From NCBI GenBank assembly GCA_037130655.1, contig JBAXSP010000003.1, forward strand, positions 68,684 to 132,683: 64,000 nt of DNA, read 5' to 3'. This document shows, one piece after another, positions 33,100-42,296 of the stretch (position 1 is its first letter; every line of letters starts with the position of its first letter). The notes below the pieces were generated by a model, which was not told the origin of the DNA, made no database searches, and saw nothing but the letters and a program-made list of their open reading frames with translations. The DNA is from a bacterium. GTDB lineage: Bacteria; Patescibacteriota; Minisyncoccia; Phycocordibacterales; UBA9973. Both the position numbers and the translations under genes were made by a program.

Positions 33100-33993
33100 A
33101 TGTTTATCATCAAATACAAAAAAGTTTTCGTTCTTATTTCGGTTTGTTTGGTTGCGGTCTCTATCGCACTCATTTCAATCTTTGGTATTCCGCTAGGAAT
33201 TGACTTCAAAGGAGGTGCAATGATGCAAGTATCATATGATGGAACTCGTCCTGAAATCGCACTTGTTGAACAATTGGTAAAAGAATCAAACGTTGGAACT
33301 GCATTGATCCAGCCAGCTGGCACCAACGCATACACCATCAAAACTCGTGATTTGTCTGAAACAGAACGAGTAGGACTCCTTTCATCGCTCTCAGTTTCAA
33401 ATAGTGTTGTTGTTCACCAAGACAGTTATACTTCTATTGGTCCGACAGTTGGAAAAGACTTGGCTCACAAAGCATTGCTTGCAATCATACTCGTATCACT
33501 CGCAATCATTATCTTTATCGCGTTTGCATTTCGCGGGGTAAACAAACCAGTTTCTTCTTGGAAATACGGACTCGTTGCAATCATTACATTGATTCACGAC
33601 ATCATTATTCCTGTTGGAGTGTTTGCAGTACTTGCAAAAGAGTATGGTGCAGAAGTGGATACACTCTTTGTTGTTGCATTGCTCACTGTGCTCGGTCTTT
33701 CTATCTCAGATACAATCGTTGTGTTTGACCGAGTTCGTGAGAATTTGAAATTCAAAAAATACAGTACCTTTTCTGAGACAGTAGGGAAGAGTATTGAACA
33801 AGCATATGTTCGTTCAATCGCTACTTCACTGACAGTTATTATGGTACTTGTTGCGCTTGCAATCTGGGGGCCAGTAACTACACGCATCTTCGCGATGATG
33901 CTTGCTGCTGGAATGTTCTTTGGAACATACTCAAGTATCTTCTTGGCAAGTCCACTGCTTGTATACTTTGAAAAATGGCAAACTAAAAAATAA
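33100..33993 (+). CDS. secF: Protein translocase subunit SecF
   Basis: GIDFKGGAMMQV..., C-terminal 6-TM domain. Directly follows secD. Confidence 0.85.
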   Translation: MFIIKYKKVFVLISVCLVAVSIALISIFGIPLGIDFKGGAMMQVSYDGTRPEIALVEQLVKESNVGTALIQPAGTNAYTIKTRDLSETERVGLLSSLSVSNSVVVHQDSYTSIGPTVGKDLAHKALLAIILVSLAIIIFIAFAFRGVNKPVSSWKYGLVAIITLIHDIIIPVGVFAVLAKEYGAEVDTLFVVALLTVLGLSISDTIVVFDRVRENLKFKKYSTFSETVGKSIEQAYVRSIATSLTVIMVLVALAIWGPVTTRIFAMMLAAGMFFGTYSSIFLASPLLVYFEKWQTKK

Positions 33994-33999
33994 ATTTAT

Positions 34000-34036
34000 T
34001 TATTTAAAAAAACACTAGCATTAGCTGGTGTTTTTT
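34000..34036. terminator. Bidirectional terminator between secF and the NUDIX gene
   Basis: AAACACTAGCATTAGCTGGTGTTTTTTTT with A-tract upstream. Confidence 0.6.
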
Positions 34037-34461
34037 TTAAATAAAATAAAAAAAGAAGCAGCCTTTAGGACTGCTTCGAGTAATAGATCTCTGATTAATT
34101 TACGATGAGAACTTTTGACTTTTTCAGTAGAATCCAATTGATCTTCAGCTATCCAGAATGCTCTTCTGATCTCTGGATCAACAGGTGTTAATTCTGTAAG
34201 TTCTTCCATTTTGAGTTCGATGCTATACACTTTCATGTATTTAATAGGTCTTTTGACCAAGAATTGCATGTCGATAGTGACACCAGCTTCTTCGTAAAAT
34301 TCTCGCTTTGCTGACTCAAGGAAGGTCTCTCCTTTTTCTTTTGTGCCTCCAGGGAGACAAATTTTTCCATTAAACTCTTCTACGAAAAGAAAATGACGTA
34401 ATCCGTTAAGATCTGTTGAGTGTGCAATAATTCTGCACGTTTTATAACAAGGTTTTCCCAA
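34021..34461 (-). CDS. NUDIX hydrolase
   Basis: Nudix box GGTKEKGETFLESAKREFYEEAGV. Confidence 0.8.
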   Translation of the reverse strand: MGKPCYKTCRIIAHSTDLNGLRHFLFVEEFNGKICLPGGTKEKGETFLESAKREFYEEAGVTIDMQFLVKRPIKYMKVYSIELKMEELTELTPVDPEIRRAFWIAEDQLDSTEKVKSSHRKLIRDLLLEAVLKAASFFILFKKNTS

Positions 34462-34628
34462 AATATTTATAGGTTTATTAAGTACCTACTCCTCATATAG
34501 TATACTATATTAATATTATTTTTGTCAATACTTATATCGTTGATGCATTTTTACCCTAAAAAACCTTATTTTTCAATGTCCTTGCCTGTTATCTAGAGTC
34601 TGGGCTTTCTTTTTGCTATAATTAAGGC

Positions 34629-35357
34629 ATGAAAAACATCATCAAAAAAACAACATTCTTTATCGGACTTTTTGCTCTAATTGGCTCTTTGCACACTGTA
34701 TCAGCTGCTACAGATAAGTGTATTTCCGTAAATCCCGGTAGTTCAAAATCTGCCAATGCAGAAGCGGTGCTTACTGGTAGTACGAACATGAATATTGCCA
34801 ATTTCAACTTTAATGTGAATGGGGATACTTCACTCGCTTGTGCCGGTGTAACCATCAAAAAAATGTCTTTTGCTATTGGTAGTAAAAACCCAGTATCAGT
34901 CAAAAATATTACACTCGTAACTTCAGGTGAAAATCAGATTACACTTTCAGGTAACACAATCAAAGACACGACTACTTTCATTTTCCCTGAAAATTATTTT
35001 GTAAAAACTGGCGAATCAGTTCACTTGTCTCTTGTTGCTGATACTGGAAAGACTACAAGTAATACTTCTGGACAACTGCAAGTGTATTTCAAATCAATGG
35101 ACCTTGTGGATACATTAACAACTAAAAAAGTTGTTAGCCCAAAGTCAGTGAGTGATGATTTGAAATTGTTGGTGTTGAATGATGTTGATCAATATATTTT
35201 TAAGTCACTTTCACGAATCCGTAACCAAGTTCGGATAATAGAATTGACCGGAATGAAAGGGTACTCATTTTGTATTGATGATAAAAACACTATTCCAAAA
35301 CTATTGAAGTACAGCGCAAAGAACGCTATTGATAAAAAAACAAACATGTGTCGCTAG
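34629..35357 (+). CDS. Secreted protein sharing an N-terminal domain with the giant surface protein
   Basis: Signal peptide. FNFNVNGDTSL...VTIKK / NITLVTSGENQITLSG / SLVADTGKTT parallels FTFNGNGTLSQVTLKR / NVYLFDGNMRVTDG / SVKADMAASNT at 1-300. TGCTATAAT 6 nt upstream of the ATG. Confidence 0.55.
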   Translation: MKNIIKKTTFFIGLFALIGSLHTVSAATDKCISVNPGSSKSANAEAVLTGSTNMNIANFNFNVNGDTSLACAGVTIKKMSFAIGSKNPVSVKNITLVTSGENQITLSGNTIKDTTTFIFPENYFVKTGESVHLSLVADTGKTTSNTSGQLQVYFKSMDLVDTLTTKKVVSPKSVSDDLKLLVLNDVDQYIFKSLSRIRNQVRIIELTGMKGYSFCIDDKNTIPKLLKYSAKNAIDKKTNMCR

Positions 35358-35386
35358 TCTATTAAAAATTATTTAATCATTACTAT

Positions 35387-35938
35387 ATGTATATTATTTT
35401 AGGAATTCTCGCAGTCGTTATTATCATTGTTGTTTCAATGTTCAACGGTTTTGTTCGTGGAAGAAATCGTGCAGAAGAAGCATGGGCAGATATCGAAGTG
35501 CAACTGAAGCGTCGTTATGATTTGATTCCAAACTTGGTGAATACCGTCAAAGGTTATGCGACTCACGAAAGTACTGCTTTTGAAAAGGTGACTGAAGCTC
35601 GTGCACAAGCGATGGGAGCAAAAACAATGGGTGATCACGCAACTTCTGAAAAAGTGCTTGGTTCTGCAATCAGTGGAATCTTTGGTATCGCTGAAGCGTA
35701 TCCAGAATTGAAAGCCAATACAAACTTTATGGAATTGCAACGCGAGCTTTCAGATACTGAAAACAAAATCCAAGCTGCTCGCCGTTTCTACAATGGCAAT
35801 GTTCGCGATTACAATACATCACTCCAAGTATTTCCTGGAAATATCTTTGCCAAAATGTTTTCATTTACCAAAAAAGAATTCTTCGACATTGATGACAATG
35901 GTCCAGAATCAAAGCCGGTAGAAGTAAAATTTAATTAA
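35387..35938 (+). CDS. lemA: LemA family protein
   Basis: N-terminal TM plus RAEEAWADIEVQLKRRYDLIPNLVNTVKGYATHE. Confidence 0.8.
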   Translation: MYIILGILAVVIIIVVSMFNGFVRGRNRAEEAWADIEVQLKRRYDLIPNLVNTVKGYATHESTAFEKVTEARAQAMGAKTMGDHATSEKVLGSAISGIFGIAEAYPELKANTNFMELQRELSDTENKIQAARRFYNGNVRDYNTSLQVFPGNIFAKMFSFTKKEFFDIDDNGPESKPVEVKFN

Positions 35939-35954
35939 GTTTTATTTATTACAT

Positions 35955-36320
35955 ATGGAAAAACCAACAAAAATTGAAGATATTGCAAGCACAATAAGAA
36001 TGGATAAACAACTCACTGATTTTGAACAGAAGTGGAACAATGGAGAATTACCAGGTCAGAAAAGTGAGACAGCTCCAACTGTTTCAGAATCTGTAGAAAC
36101 TCCAAAAACAGAAAAAACGTTTGAGGAGTCAAATGCCGACTTTTGGGCAGAACAACACAAAGAAGAAGAGCACAGAGAAAAAGTTGCAAAAATAAAAAGA
36201 GATATCGAAAATAATATGATTGTTTCTGTTGATGGAAAATCACCGAACGACAACATATTTGTTTCAGAAAAAATCATAACCGAAGAACCGAAACCAAAAA
36301 AGAAATGGTGGCAGTTTTAG
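35955..36320 (+). CDS. Hypothetical charged protein
   Basis: 121-aa E/K-rich ORF with no known motif. Confidence 0.4.
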   Translation: MEKPTKIEDIASTIRMDKQLTDFEQKWNNGELPGQKSETAPTVSESVETPKTEKTFEESNADFWAEQHKEEEHREKVAKIKRDIENNMIVSVDGKSPNDNIFVSEKIITEEPKPKKKWWQF

Positions 36321-36328
36321 TTTAAAAT

Positions 36329-37222
36329 ATGGCGTCAATTTATACCCAACAAGATAAGAACACCAGAAAAACATGGCTCCTCATGAGTTTGTTTTTTGGT
36401 ATTGTTATTGCGCTTGGATTTGTGTTCGCACGAATGTACGGCAATCCGAATATCCTTTATATCTTCGTCATTTTTAGTGTCGGAATGAATATTGCGGGCT
36501 ATTGGTTTTCGGACAAAATCGCACTTTCGATTGCTGGTGCAAAGCCTGCAACTCGTGAAGAGTATTTTGATTTGTATACAACCGTTGAAAATCTTTCTAT
36601 TACAGCAGGACTACCAACGCCAAAAATCTATGTGATTGAAGATAGTGCGCCAAACGCATTTGCAACTGGACGTGATAAAAATCACGCAGTTGTCGCTTGT
36701 ACAACGGGGCTCCTTGCAATTATGAACAAGACCGAACTCGAGGGTGTGATTGCTCATGAACTTTCGCATATCGGCAACAAAGATATGTTGGTCTCGACAG
36801 TTGCGGTCGTACTTGTCGGTTTTGTATCAATCATTTCAGATATGTTGCTTCGCATGTCCTTTTTTGGCGGACGTGATCGTGATGATCGAGAGGGTGGAGG
36901 ATTGATGATGATTATCACACTTGTTCTTTCAATTCTTGCGCCAATCTTTGCAACATTGATTCAACTTTCTATTTCTCGCAAACGTGAATATCTAGCCGAT
37001 GCTTCAGGTGCACTCCTTACTCGGTATCCCGAAGGACTTGCTTCGGCGCTCGAAAAACTTCGTGATCATAGTGAGCCAATGTCGCATCAATCAACCGCAA
37101 TTGCGCACTTGTATATTGCCAATCCATTTGGAGATGGAAATGGTTTTACAAAAAAAGTTGGCACACTTTTCTCAACGCACCCACCAATCGAAGAACGAAT
37201 TAAAGTACTCCGAGGAATGTAG
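36329..37222 (+). CDS. htpX: Protease HtpX (M48 zinc metalloprotease)
   Basis: TM helices, HEXXH (AHELSHI), downstream E (EYLAD). Confidence 0.85.
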   Translation: MASIYTQQDKNTRKTWLLMSLFFGIVIALGFVFARMYGNPNILYIFVIFSVGMNIAGYWFSDKIALSIAGAKPATREEYFDLYTTVENLSITAGLPTPKIYVIEDSAPNAFATGRDKNHAVVACTTGLLAIMNKTELEGVIAHELSHIGNKDMLVSTVAVVLVGFVSIISDMLLRMSFFGGRDRDDREGGGLMMIITLVLSILAPIFATLIQLSISRKREYLADASGALLTRYPEGLASALEKLRDHSEPMSHQSTAIAHLYIANPFGDGNGFTKKVGTLFSTHPPIEERIKVLRGM

Positions 37223-37245
37223 TTTGAATAATGTATAAGCATATT

Positions 37246-37274
37246 GACTTTTATACTAATATATGATATTATGT
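37246..37274 (+). promoter_or_regulatory. Sigma70-like promoter TTGACT-17-TATTAT with ~120-nt leader
   Basis: Consensus hexamers, followed by an unusually long 5' UTR before ORF 37398. Confidence 0.45.
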
Positions 37275-37397
37275 AAAGGTAAAGTAGTTCTTTAAAAATG
37301 TTGATTTTTAGAGGATATTTTGGGATTTACCCCAAGAACGGAGATTCGGTTCATGAGGTAAATTTCAAAATCATTCACTTAAAATAAAAAAAACAAC

Positions 37398-37709
37398 ATG
37401 AAAAATTTAATTAAATTAGCTATTACACTATCTCTTTCTGCTATTATCTTAACTGCACTTTTGTATCGTAACGAATTGAGTCACATTGATTTATCGCAAA
37501 TCACTTGGGCCAATGTTGCTCCATGGATGATCGGTATCGGTATTGGTGGTGTTGTATTTTTCGGAATACTATTAATCTATTTCTTTATGACTGTAAATGA
37601 CATGAAGAGATTAGATAGAATAGGAAACAGGATTGCTTTTACTGCTGGATGCTTTGCAGTTTTGTATGTTGTAGGGTTTGGTTACTATGCTATTTATCCA
37701 ACATTTTAA
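37398..37709 (+). CDS. Small membrane protein (3 TM)
   Basis: 103-aa hydrophobic ORF. Confidence 0.45.
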   Translation: MKNLIKLAITLSLSAIILTALLYRNELSHIDLSQITWANVAPWMIGIGIGGVVFFGILLIYFFMTVNDMKRLDRIGNRIAFTAGCFAVLYVVGFGYYAIYPTF

Positions 37710-37737
37710 ACGAAATCTACGAGTATCAAATTTAAAA

Positions 37738-37772
37738 CCGCTTCTATAAAAAAGAAGTGGTTTTTTTATTTT
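37738..37772 (+). terminator. Rho-independent terminator
   Basis: AAACCGCTTCT-ATAAAAA-AGAAGTGGTTTTTTTATTTT. Confidence 0.65.
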
Positions 37773-37773
37773 A

Positions 37774-38499
37774 GTGTTTTTAGTAGCGATGTTCTATAAT
37801 GAAATCGTTATGTCACACCAAGGAACTGTTTGGGAAAAAGAATATCGGCAACCAAAATTGGTTACCAAAAAAGACGGACCGCAAGCTGATACGGTTCGTT
37901 TTTTGAAATTTTTGAAAAAGGAAGAAAAATTCAAGGTTGAAGATTGTAGTGTGCTTGATATTGGTTGTGGTACTGGGCGCAATGCCAACTATTTGGCAGA
38001 ACTTGGAAATACGGTGATTGGTATTGAAATTTCATCAACCGCAATTGCACTTGCAAAAGAACGTGCAAAAGCATTGGATGTGACAGTCGACTATCGTTTG
38101 GGTGATATTGGTGAGCCATACCAAATTGATGACAATTCAATCGATGTTATTTTGGATGTTACTGCTTCAAATTCACTCGATGAAAAAGGGCGTGCTACAT
38201 ATCTCAAGGAAATGCACCGAGTACTCAAATCAGGTGGATATATTTTTGTCAGAGCGTTGTGTAAAGATGGCAACAAGAACGTTAAAAATCTTTTGAAAGA
38301 TAGTCCAGGAAAAGAAAAGGATACGTATATTTTGAAAGAGATTGGTCTAACAGAACGTGTATTTACCAAAGAAGACATTCGCACACTCTATGGAGCCTAT
38401 TTTGATATTTTGCAATTAGAGAAAAAAACTGGATATAGCACCTTCAATGACCGAATTTATAAAAGAGATTATTGGTTGTTGTATCTCAAAAAAGCGTAA
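37774..38499 (+). CDS. Class I SAM-dependent methyltransferase (TehB/TPMT-like)
   Basis: Motif I VLDIGCGTGRNANYL, motif post-I, VILDVTA. True start may be the internal ATG at 37810 (TATAAT 37795-37800). Confidence 0.75.
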   Translation: MFLVAMFYNEIVMSHQGTVWEKEYRQPKLVTKKDGPQADTVRFLKFLKKEEKFKVEDCSVLDIGCGTGRNANYLAELGNTVIGIEISSTAIALAKERAKALDVTVDYRLGDIGEPYQIDDNSIDVILDVTASNSLDEKGRATYLKEMHRVLKSGGYIFVRALCKDGNKNVKNLLKDSPGKEKDTYILKEIGLTERVFTKEDIRTLYGAYFDILQLEKKTGYSTFNDRIYKRDYWLLYLKKA

Positions 38500-38621
38500 T
38501 TTGAAAAAGACTTAAAAATAAGGTAAAATAGACCCAGAGTTCTTTTTTATCGGACCTTGATGATTATATTTGGGTCCATATATCCTCGCCAAGCCTTTGT
38601 ACGCGTTAGTGTATGAAGTGA

Positions 38622-38669
38622 TGCGAGGAATGAAGATAGTCAAATGGTGACCTATCGGGTTCGAATCCT
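38622..38669 (+). other. tRNA-like fragment: 7-nt acceptor-like strand, short hairpin, canonical T-arm (TCGGG-TTCGAAT-CCTGA) and complementary 3' acceptor strand. No D- or anticodon arm.
   Basis: GAAGATA...TGTCTTC complementary (one G-U pair). GGTTCGAATCC T-loop. Only ~48 nt long. Confidence 0.4.
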
Positions 38670-38710
38670 GATGTCTTCACAAAACAAAATCCCTGAAAAG
38701 GGATTTTGTT
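38663..38710. repeat. Perfect 21-bp-stem palindrome GTCTTCACAAAACAAAATCCC-TGAAAA-GGGATTTTGTTTTGTGAAGAC
   Basis: Read directly. The left arm overlaps the tRNA-like 3' end. Confidence 0.8.
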
Positions 38711-38826
38711 TTGTGAAGACATAGCAAGTAAACTGCTTTACTTGCGTAAGGATTCGAAAGACTGAGGCTTAATTTTTCACCAGAAAAATAGCCGAGTCGG
38801 GGTCGAGAGATTTTTCTGCAGAAAAA

Positions 38827-38848
38827 TACTCGTGACCGAATCCTGATG
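38827..38848 (+). repeat. 22-nt direct repeat CGAATCCTGATGTCTTCACAAA (second copy of 38652-38673)
   Basis: Exact 22/22 match 153 nt downstream of the first copy. Confidence 0.8.
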
Positions 38849-38875
38849 TCTTCACAAATTTGTTATAATATAAAA

Positions 38876-39247
38876 ATGAATAAACAAGATTTTTCTATAA
38901 TTAAAAGAACCAAGAGTTTTTCTCACGCATTTCGTGGGATAGGTATCTTGCTGAAGACTACACCCAATTTTTGGTTGCATATTCTTATCGGTACCGTTTT
39001 GGTAATACTCGGTGTCCACTATCACATTGCTCATTATGATTGGATGTTTCTACTGCTCTCAATCGGATTGGTGTTGGTAACTGAAGCAGTTAATACGGCT
39101 ATTGAAATTGACATTGATCTGACCTCGCCGGAATATCATCCCTTTGCCCGTGACACCAAAGATGTAGCAGCGGGGGTGGTACTCATTTCTGGATTTATTT
39201 TACTTGCTGTATCAATCATTATTTTCTTACCGAAGATTGTTGGATAA
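38876..39247 (+). CDS. dgkA: Diacylglycerol / undecaprenol kinase (DgkA family)
   Basis: TEAVNTAIE motif, 3 TM. TATAAT 38864-38869 lies 6 nt before the ATG. The ORF-track start 38846 would include the promoter. Confidence 0.8.
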   Translation: MNKQDFSIIKRTKSFSHAFRGIGILLKTTPNFWLHILIGTVLVILGVHYHIAHYDWMFLLLSIGLVLVTEAVNTAIEIDIDLTSPEYHPFARDTKDVAAGVVLISGFILLAVSIIIFLPKIVG

Positions 39248-39261
39248 AAATAATAAAAATA

Positions 39262-39292
39262 AAAGAGCGCGGACCGCGCTCTTTTATTTTAC
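39262..39292. terminator. Bidirectional terminator AAAGAGCGCGGACCGCGCTCTTT flanked by A/T runs
   Basis: GC-rich 9-bp stem between convergent genes. Confidence 0.75.
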
Positions 39293-39295
39293 TTC

Positions 39296-40312
39296 TTAAT
39301 CTGTCTGACCAAAAACCGGTTGTGGTAGTTCAGTCTTTTTTCTTTTTGCCAACCAACTATCGATTGAAAGAAAACCTCCGCCTTCGATTGCGACAATTGC
39401 CAAAATACTAAAGAGTGATACGTGTGACGCAACAGACTCTTTGAAGAAGAAGAATGAAAACGATAGCACAACGATTGCCACACAAGCGGTCGTGCGAGTG
39501 AAGAATCCGACAAAAATACAAAGTCCGACAAGGATTTCAATAATCGCAACTGCAAGCACCCACATTGCTGGTGATACTGGAATGACATGATTGAGTCCGT
39601 ATGCTCGCACCACTACATCAGAGACGTGTGGGTTGAGCAGTTTTTCATAGATTGCCAAATAGGTCATTGCAATACCTACGCCTGCACGCATAATCGGTGC
39701 GAGCCAGTGACGTTTGATATGAATAAATCGTAGTAATGAAATACGCAAAATATCATCTACTCCTGGGCGTGCGCTGTGGAATACCAACACACCGATTGCA
39801 AGTGCGAAGATATCAAGATTGCCGATCAAGTATGAGGTGTGAAAGAGGGCAATGATATAGAGTCCAAGTGTTGTCAGTACAGCTGGGACAAGTGCAAATC
39901 CAACCAAGAAGAAAAATCCAAGGAAGATTTCAAGTACACCAAATGCTTCACCGTGTGGAATAATTGGTGAAATGAGTGCATGTTCGGTACCAGCACCAAT
40001 CAGTGCAATACCGAGTCCAAGTCGAATAATCCATGGAATAAATTCATGATATGACGCAAGGATTTGTTCAGTGATATCAAAAAACTTCCGCACAGGTGGT
40101 GTGCGACGAAGCAAGAATGCAAGTCCGATGGTGATACCTGCAACGCCAATCATCAAGCTCACATAGAGTGGATTGTGAAAGACTTGGAGAAAATAAGACC
40201 AATCAGTCCCACCAAATTTTTCAAAGGTACCTTCGGGTGCCACATATGCAATGTGCGCAGAAGAAAGGAAGGGAAGTAATAATGAAGTAAGAATCGCAAT
40301 GTATTTTTTCAT
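39296..40312 (-). CDS. DoxX-like polytopic membrane protein
   Basis: 338 aa, ~8 TM, with an internal duplication of a DoxX-like 4-TM unit. Confidence 0.5.
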   Translation of the reverse strand: MKKYIAILTSLLLPFLSSAHIAYVAPEGTFEKFGGTDWSYFLQVFHNPLYVSLMIGVAGITIGLAFLLRRTPPVRKFFDITEQILASYHEFIPWIIRLGLGIALIGAGTEHALISPIIPHGEAFGVLEIFLGFFFLVGFALVPAVLTTLGLYIIALFHTSYLIGNLDIFALAIGVLVFHSARPGVDDILRISLLRFIHIKRHWLAPIMRAGVGIAMTYLAIYEKLLNPHVSDVVVRAYGLNHVIPVSPAMWVLAVAIIEILVGLCIFVGFFTRTTACVAIVVLSFSFFFFKESVASHVSLFSILAIVAIEGGGFLSIDSWLAKRKKTELPQPVFGQTD

Positions 40313-40348
40313 ATACTTCTATTGTAACAAATATCTATTTGAGAGAGT

Positions 40349-41101
40349 GTGATTTTACATGATACAATGATTCTAATGACCTGGATACTCCAACGACATA
40401 AACATATCTATCAGCGACGTTGGCATGTTATTTTCGCGTTGATAGTAATTGCGCTTCCACTCATCTTTTTTGCATTCTTTGCTCACTTGGCACACATAGA
40501 GACGGCGGTAATTTATGCAGATATTGGGTCATCGCTCTTGCGTCTGTTTATTGCATATATCATTGCCACAATTCTCGGCTGGACATTGGCAGTAATGTTT
40601 TATCGTGGACGTGGTTCAAATATCGCACTGCCTGCATTTGATGTGCTCCAGAGTGTGCCGACATTTGCCGCGCTTCCGATTGCGGTGCTGACATTCGGCA
40701 AAAGTAACGGACTGATTATTTTCTTTCTTGTTCTTGCAATCATCTGGCCAGTGTTTTTCAGTGTATTGTCTTCGCTCAAGATGATCAAAGGTGAATATCA
40801 CGAAGCTGTGCAAATCTATGGACTTCGCGGTTGGAAGAAATTGAAACTCTTCGTGATTCCAGCTAGTATTCCAGGACTGATCACTGGTTCAATTGTCGGA
40901 CTCGGCGATGCATGGGAAGCTTTGGTTACGACGGAAATTATTGTTGGTATCGGCACCGGATTCGGTGCATTCTTCCAGCAATTTTCGAATGATTCCAAAA
41001 TGACGATTATCGGTATCATTGGACTACTCATGATTATTTTCACCATTAACAAAATGATTTGGCTTCCACTGTTAGAGAAAAGTCATTCACTTGCCGAATA
41101 A
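40349..41101 (+). CDS. ABC transporter permease (NitT/TauT-family, SsuC/TauC-like)
   Basis: 6 TM. Conserved loop ALPAFDVLQSVPTFAALPIAVLTFG. The ATPase gene follows. Confidence 0.75.
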   Translation: MILHDTMILMTWILQRHKHIYQRRWHVIFALIVIALPLIFFAFFAHLAHIETAVIYADIGSSLLRLFIAYIIATILGWTLAVMFYRGRGSNIALPAFDVLQSVPTFAALPIAVLTFGKSNGLIIFFLVLAIIWPVFFSVLSSLKMIKGEYHEAVQIYGLRGWKKLKLFVIPASIPGLITGSIVGLGDAWEALVTTEIIVGIGTGFGAFFQQFSNDSKMTIIGIIGLLMIIFTINKMIWLPLLEKSHSLAE

Positions 41102-41106
41102 ATAAT

Positions 41107-41847
41107 ATGAACGCTATAACTTTCAACCACATCCATAAAACATTCAAAGACTATCGAGGAAAGAAACTCGAAGCACTTCATGATGTTACTTGCAGTATCA
41201 AACAAGGAGAATTTTTCATATTACTCGGTCCATCTGGTTGTGGTAAATCTACCTTGCTTCGAATTGCATCGGGACTTGAAAAAGATTTTGCAGGTGAGTG
41301 TGTGTATGACAAAGAAATCAATCAGTCGGCATTTGGTTTTGTTTTTCAATCATTTGCCATTTTGCCGTGGTTGTCAGTCTATGACAATGTGGCACTTCCA
41401 CTTGTTGCGCAGAAAATGAATGAAAATAAAATCCACACACTTGTTATGGAAGAACTCGAAAGTTTGGGATTGACTAAATTTGCGCATCATTTACCAAAAG
41501 AATTATCAGGCGGAATGAAACAACGGGTGGGTATTGCACGTGCGCTTGTCATCAAACCAAAAGTAATTTTTTTGGATGAACCATTTTCTGCACTCGATTC
41601 TTTTACTGCAACAGAACTTCGTATCGAACTTTTGAAAATCTGGCAAGAACGCAAAATGACCATTGTTATGGTGACGCACAATATCGAAGAGGCGATAGAA
41701 CTCGGAGATCGGATTGCGGTGATGTCTGCTCGTCCAGGGAAAATTGATACGATTATCGACAACACTTTTTCTCGTCCTAGAAATTCTCGCAGTCAAACGT
41801 TCTTTGAAATGGAAGACAAAATTACGGAATTGATTGTGAAAGGATAA
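41107..41847 (+). CDS. ABC transporter ATP-binding protein (SsuB/TauB-like)
   Basis: Walker A GPSGCGKST, signature LSGGMKQRVGIARAL, Walker B IFLDEPFSALD. Start at the internal ATG to avoid overlap. Confidence 0.85.
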   Translation: MNAITFNHIHKTFKDYRGKKLEALHDVTCSIKQGEFFILLGPSGCGKSTLLRIASGLEKDFAGECVYDKEINQSAFGFVFQSFAILPWLSVYDNVALPLVAQKMNENKIHTLVMEELESLGLTKFAHHLPKELSGGMKQRVGIARALVIKPKVIFLDEPFSALDSFTATELRIELLKIWQERKMTIVMVTHNIEEAIELGDRIAVMSARPGKIDTIIDNTFSRPRNSRSQTFFEMEDKITELIVKG

Positions 41848-41852
41848 TATTA

Positions 41853-41880
41853 GAAAACCACCAATTTGGTGGTTTTCTAA
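41853..41880 (+). terminator. Rho-independent terminator
   Basis: AGAAAACCACCAAATTTGGTGGTTTTCT. Confidence 0.65.
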
Positions 41881-41885
41881 TAATG

Positions 41886-41973
41886 CGGAACCGGCGAGAT
41901 TCGAACTCGCGAGGGTTTTTACACCCTGCCTCTTTAGCAAAGAGGTACGTTAGACCACTCTGACACGGTTCCA
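41886..41973 (-). tRNA. tRNA-Ser (anticodon GCU), type II
   Basis: Minus-strand fold: acceptor GGAACCG/CGGTTCC, anticodon loop TTGCTAA, long variable arm, T-arm GCGAGTTCGAATCTCGC, discriminator G. Confidence 0.8.
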
Positions 41974-42040
41974 ATTCTCGTATCATAGCAGAATTTAAGG
42001 GCTTTTTCTATGACAAATTATTTGCTATACTCTGCGGAAC

Positions 42041-42127
42041 GGAGGATTGGATGAGTGGTTTAAATCAACGGTTTACTAAACCGTCGGCTCGTAAAAAGGC
42101 CCGTGAGTTCGAATCTCACATCCTCCG
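42041..42127 (+). tRNA. Type II tRNA (Ser-like: 3-bp D-stem, long variable arm, G73). Anticodon reads ACU by manual folding, which is unusual.
   Basis: Acceptor GGAGGAT/ATCCTCC, anticodon stem ACGGT/ACCGT with loop TTACTAA, T-arm GTGAGTTCGAATCTCAC. TGCTATACT extended -10 at 42023-42031. Confidence 0.65.
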
Positions 42128-42296
42128 CAAAATAGGAAGTCACTGGAAGTGACGACCATGTTTTGCGCAGTACACAAACAAGGAACGAAGTGACTATGTT
42201 TTGCCTCCGCAACGAAGACAGTTTTATCGGCAGAACCCGAGTGTTTAGAAGTATGGAGTGGTCCGATTGCTATAATCTTGATATCTAAGCTAAAAT

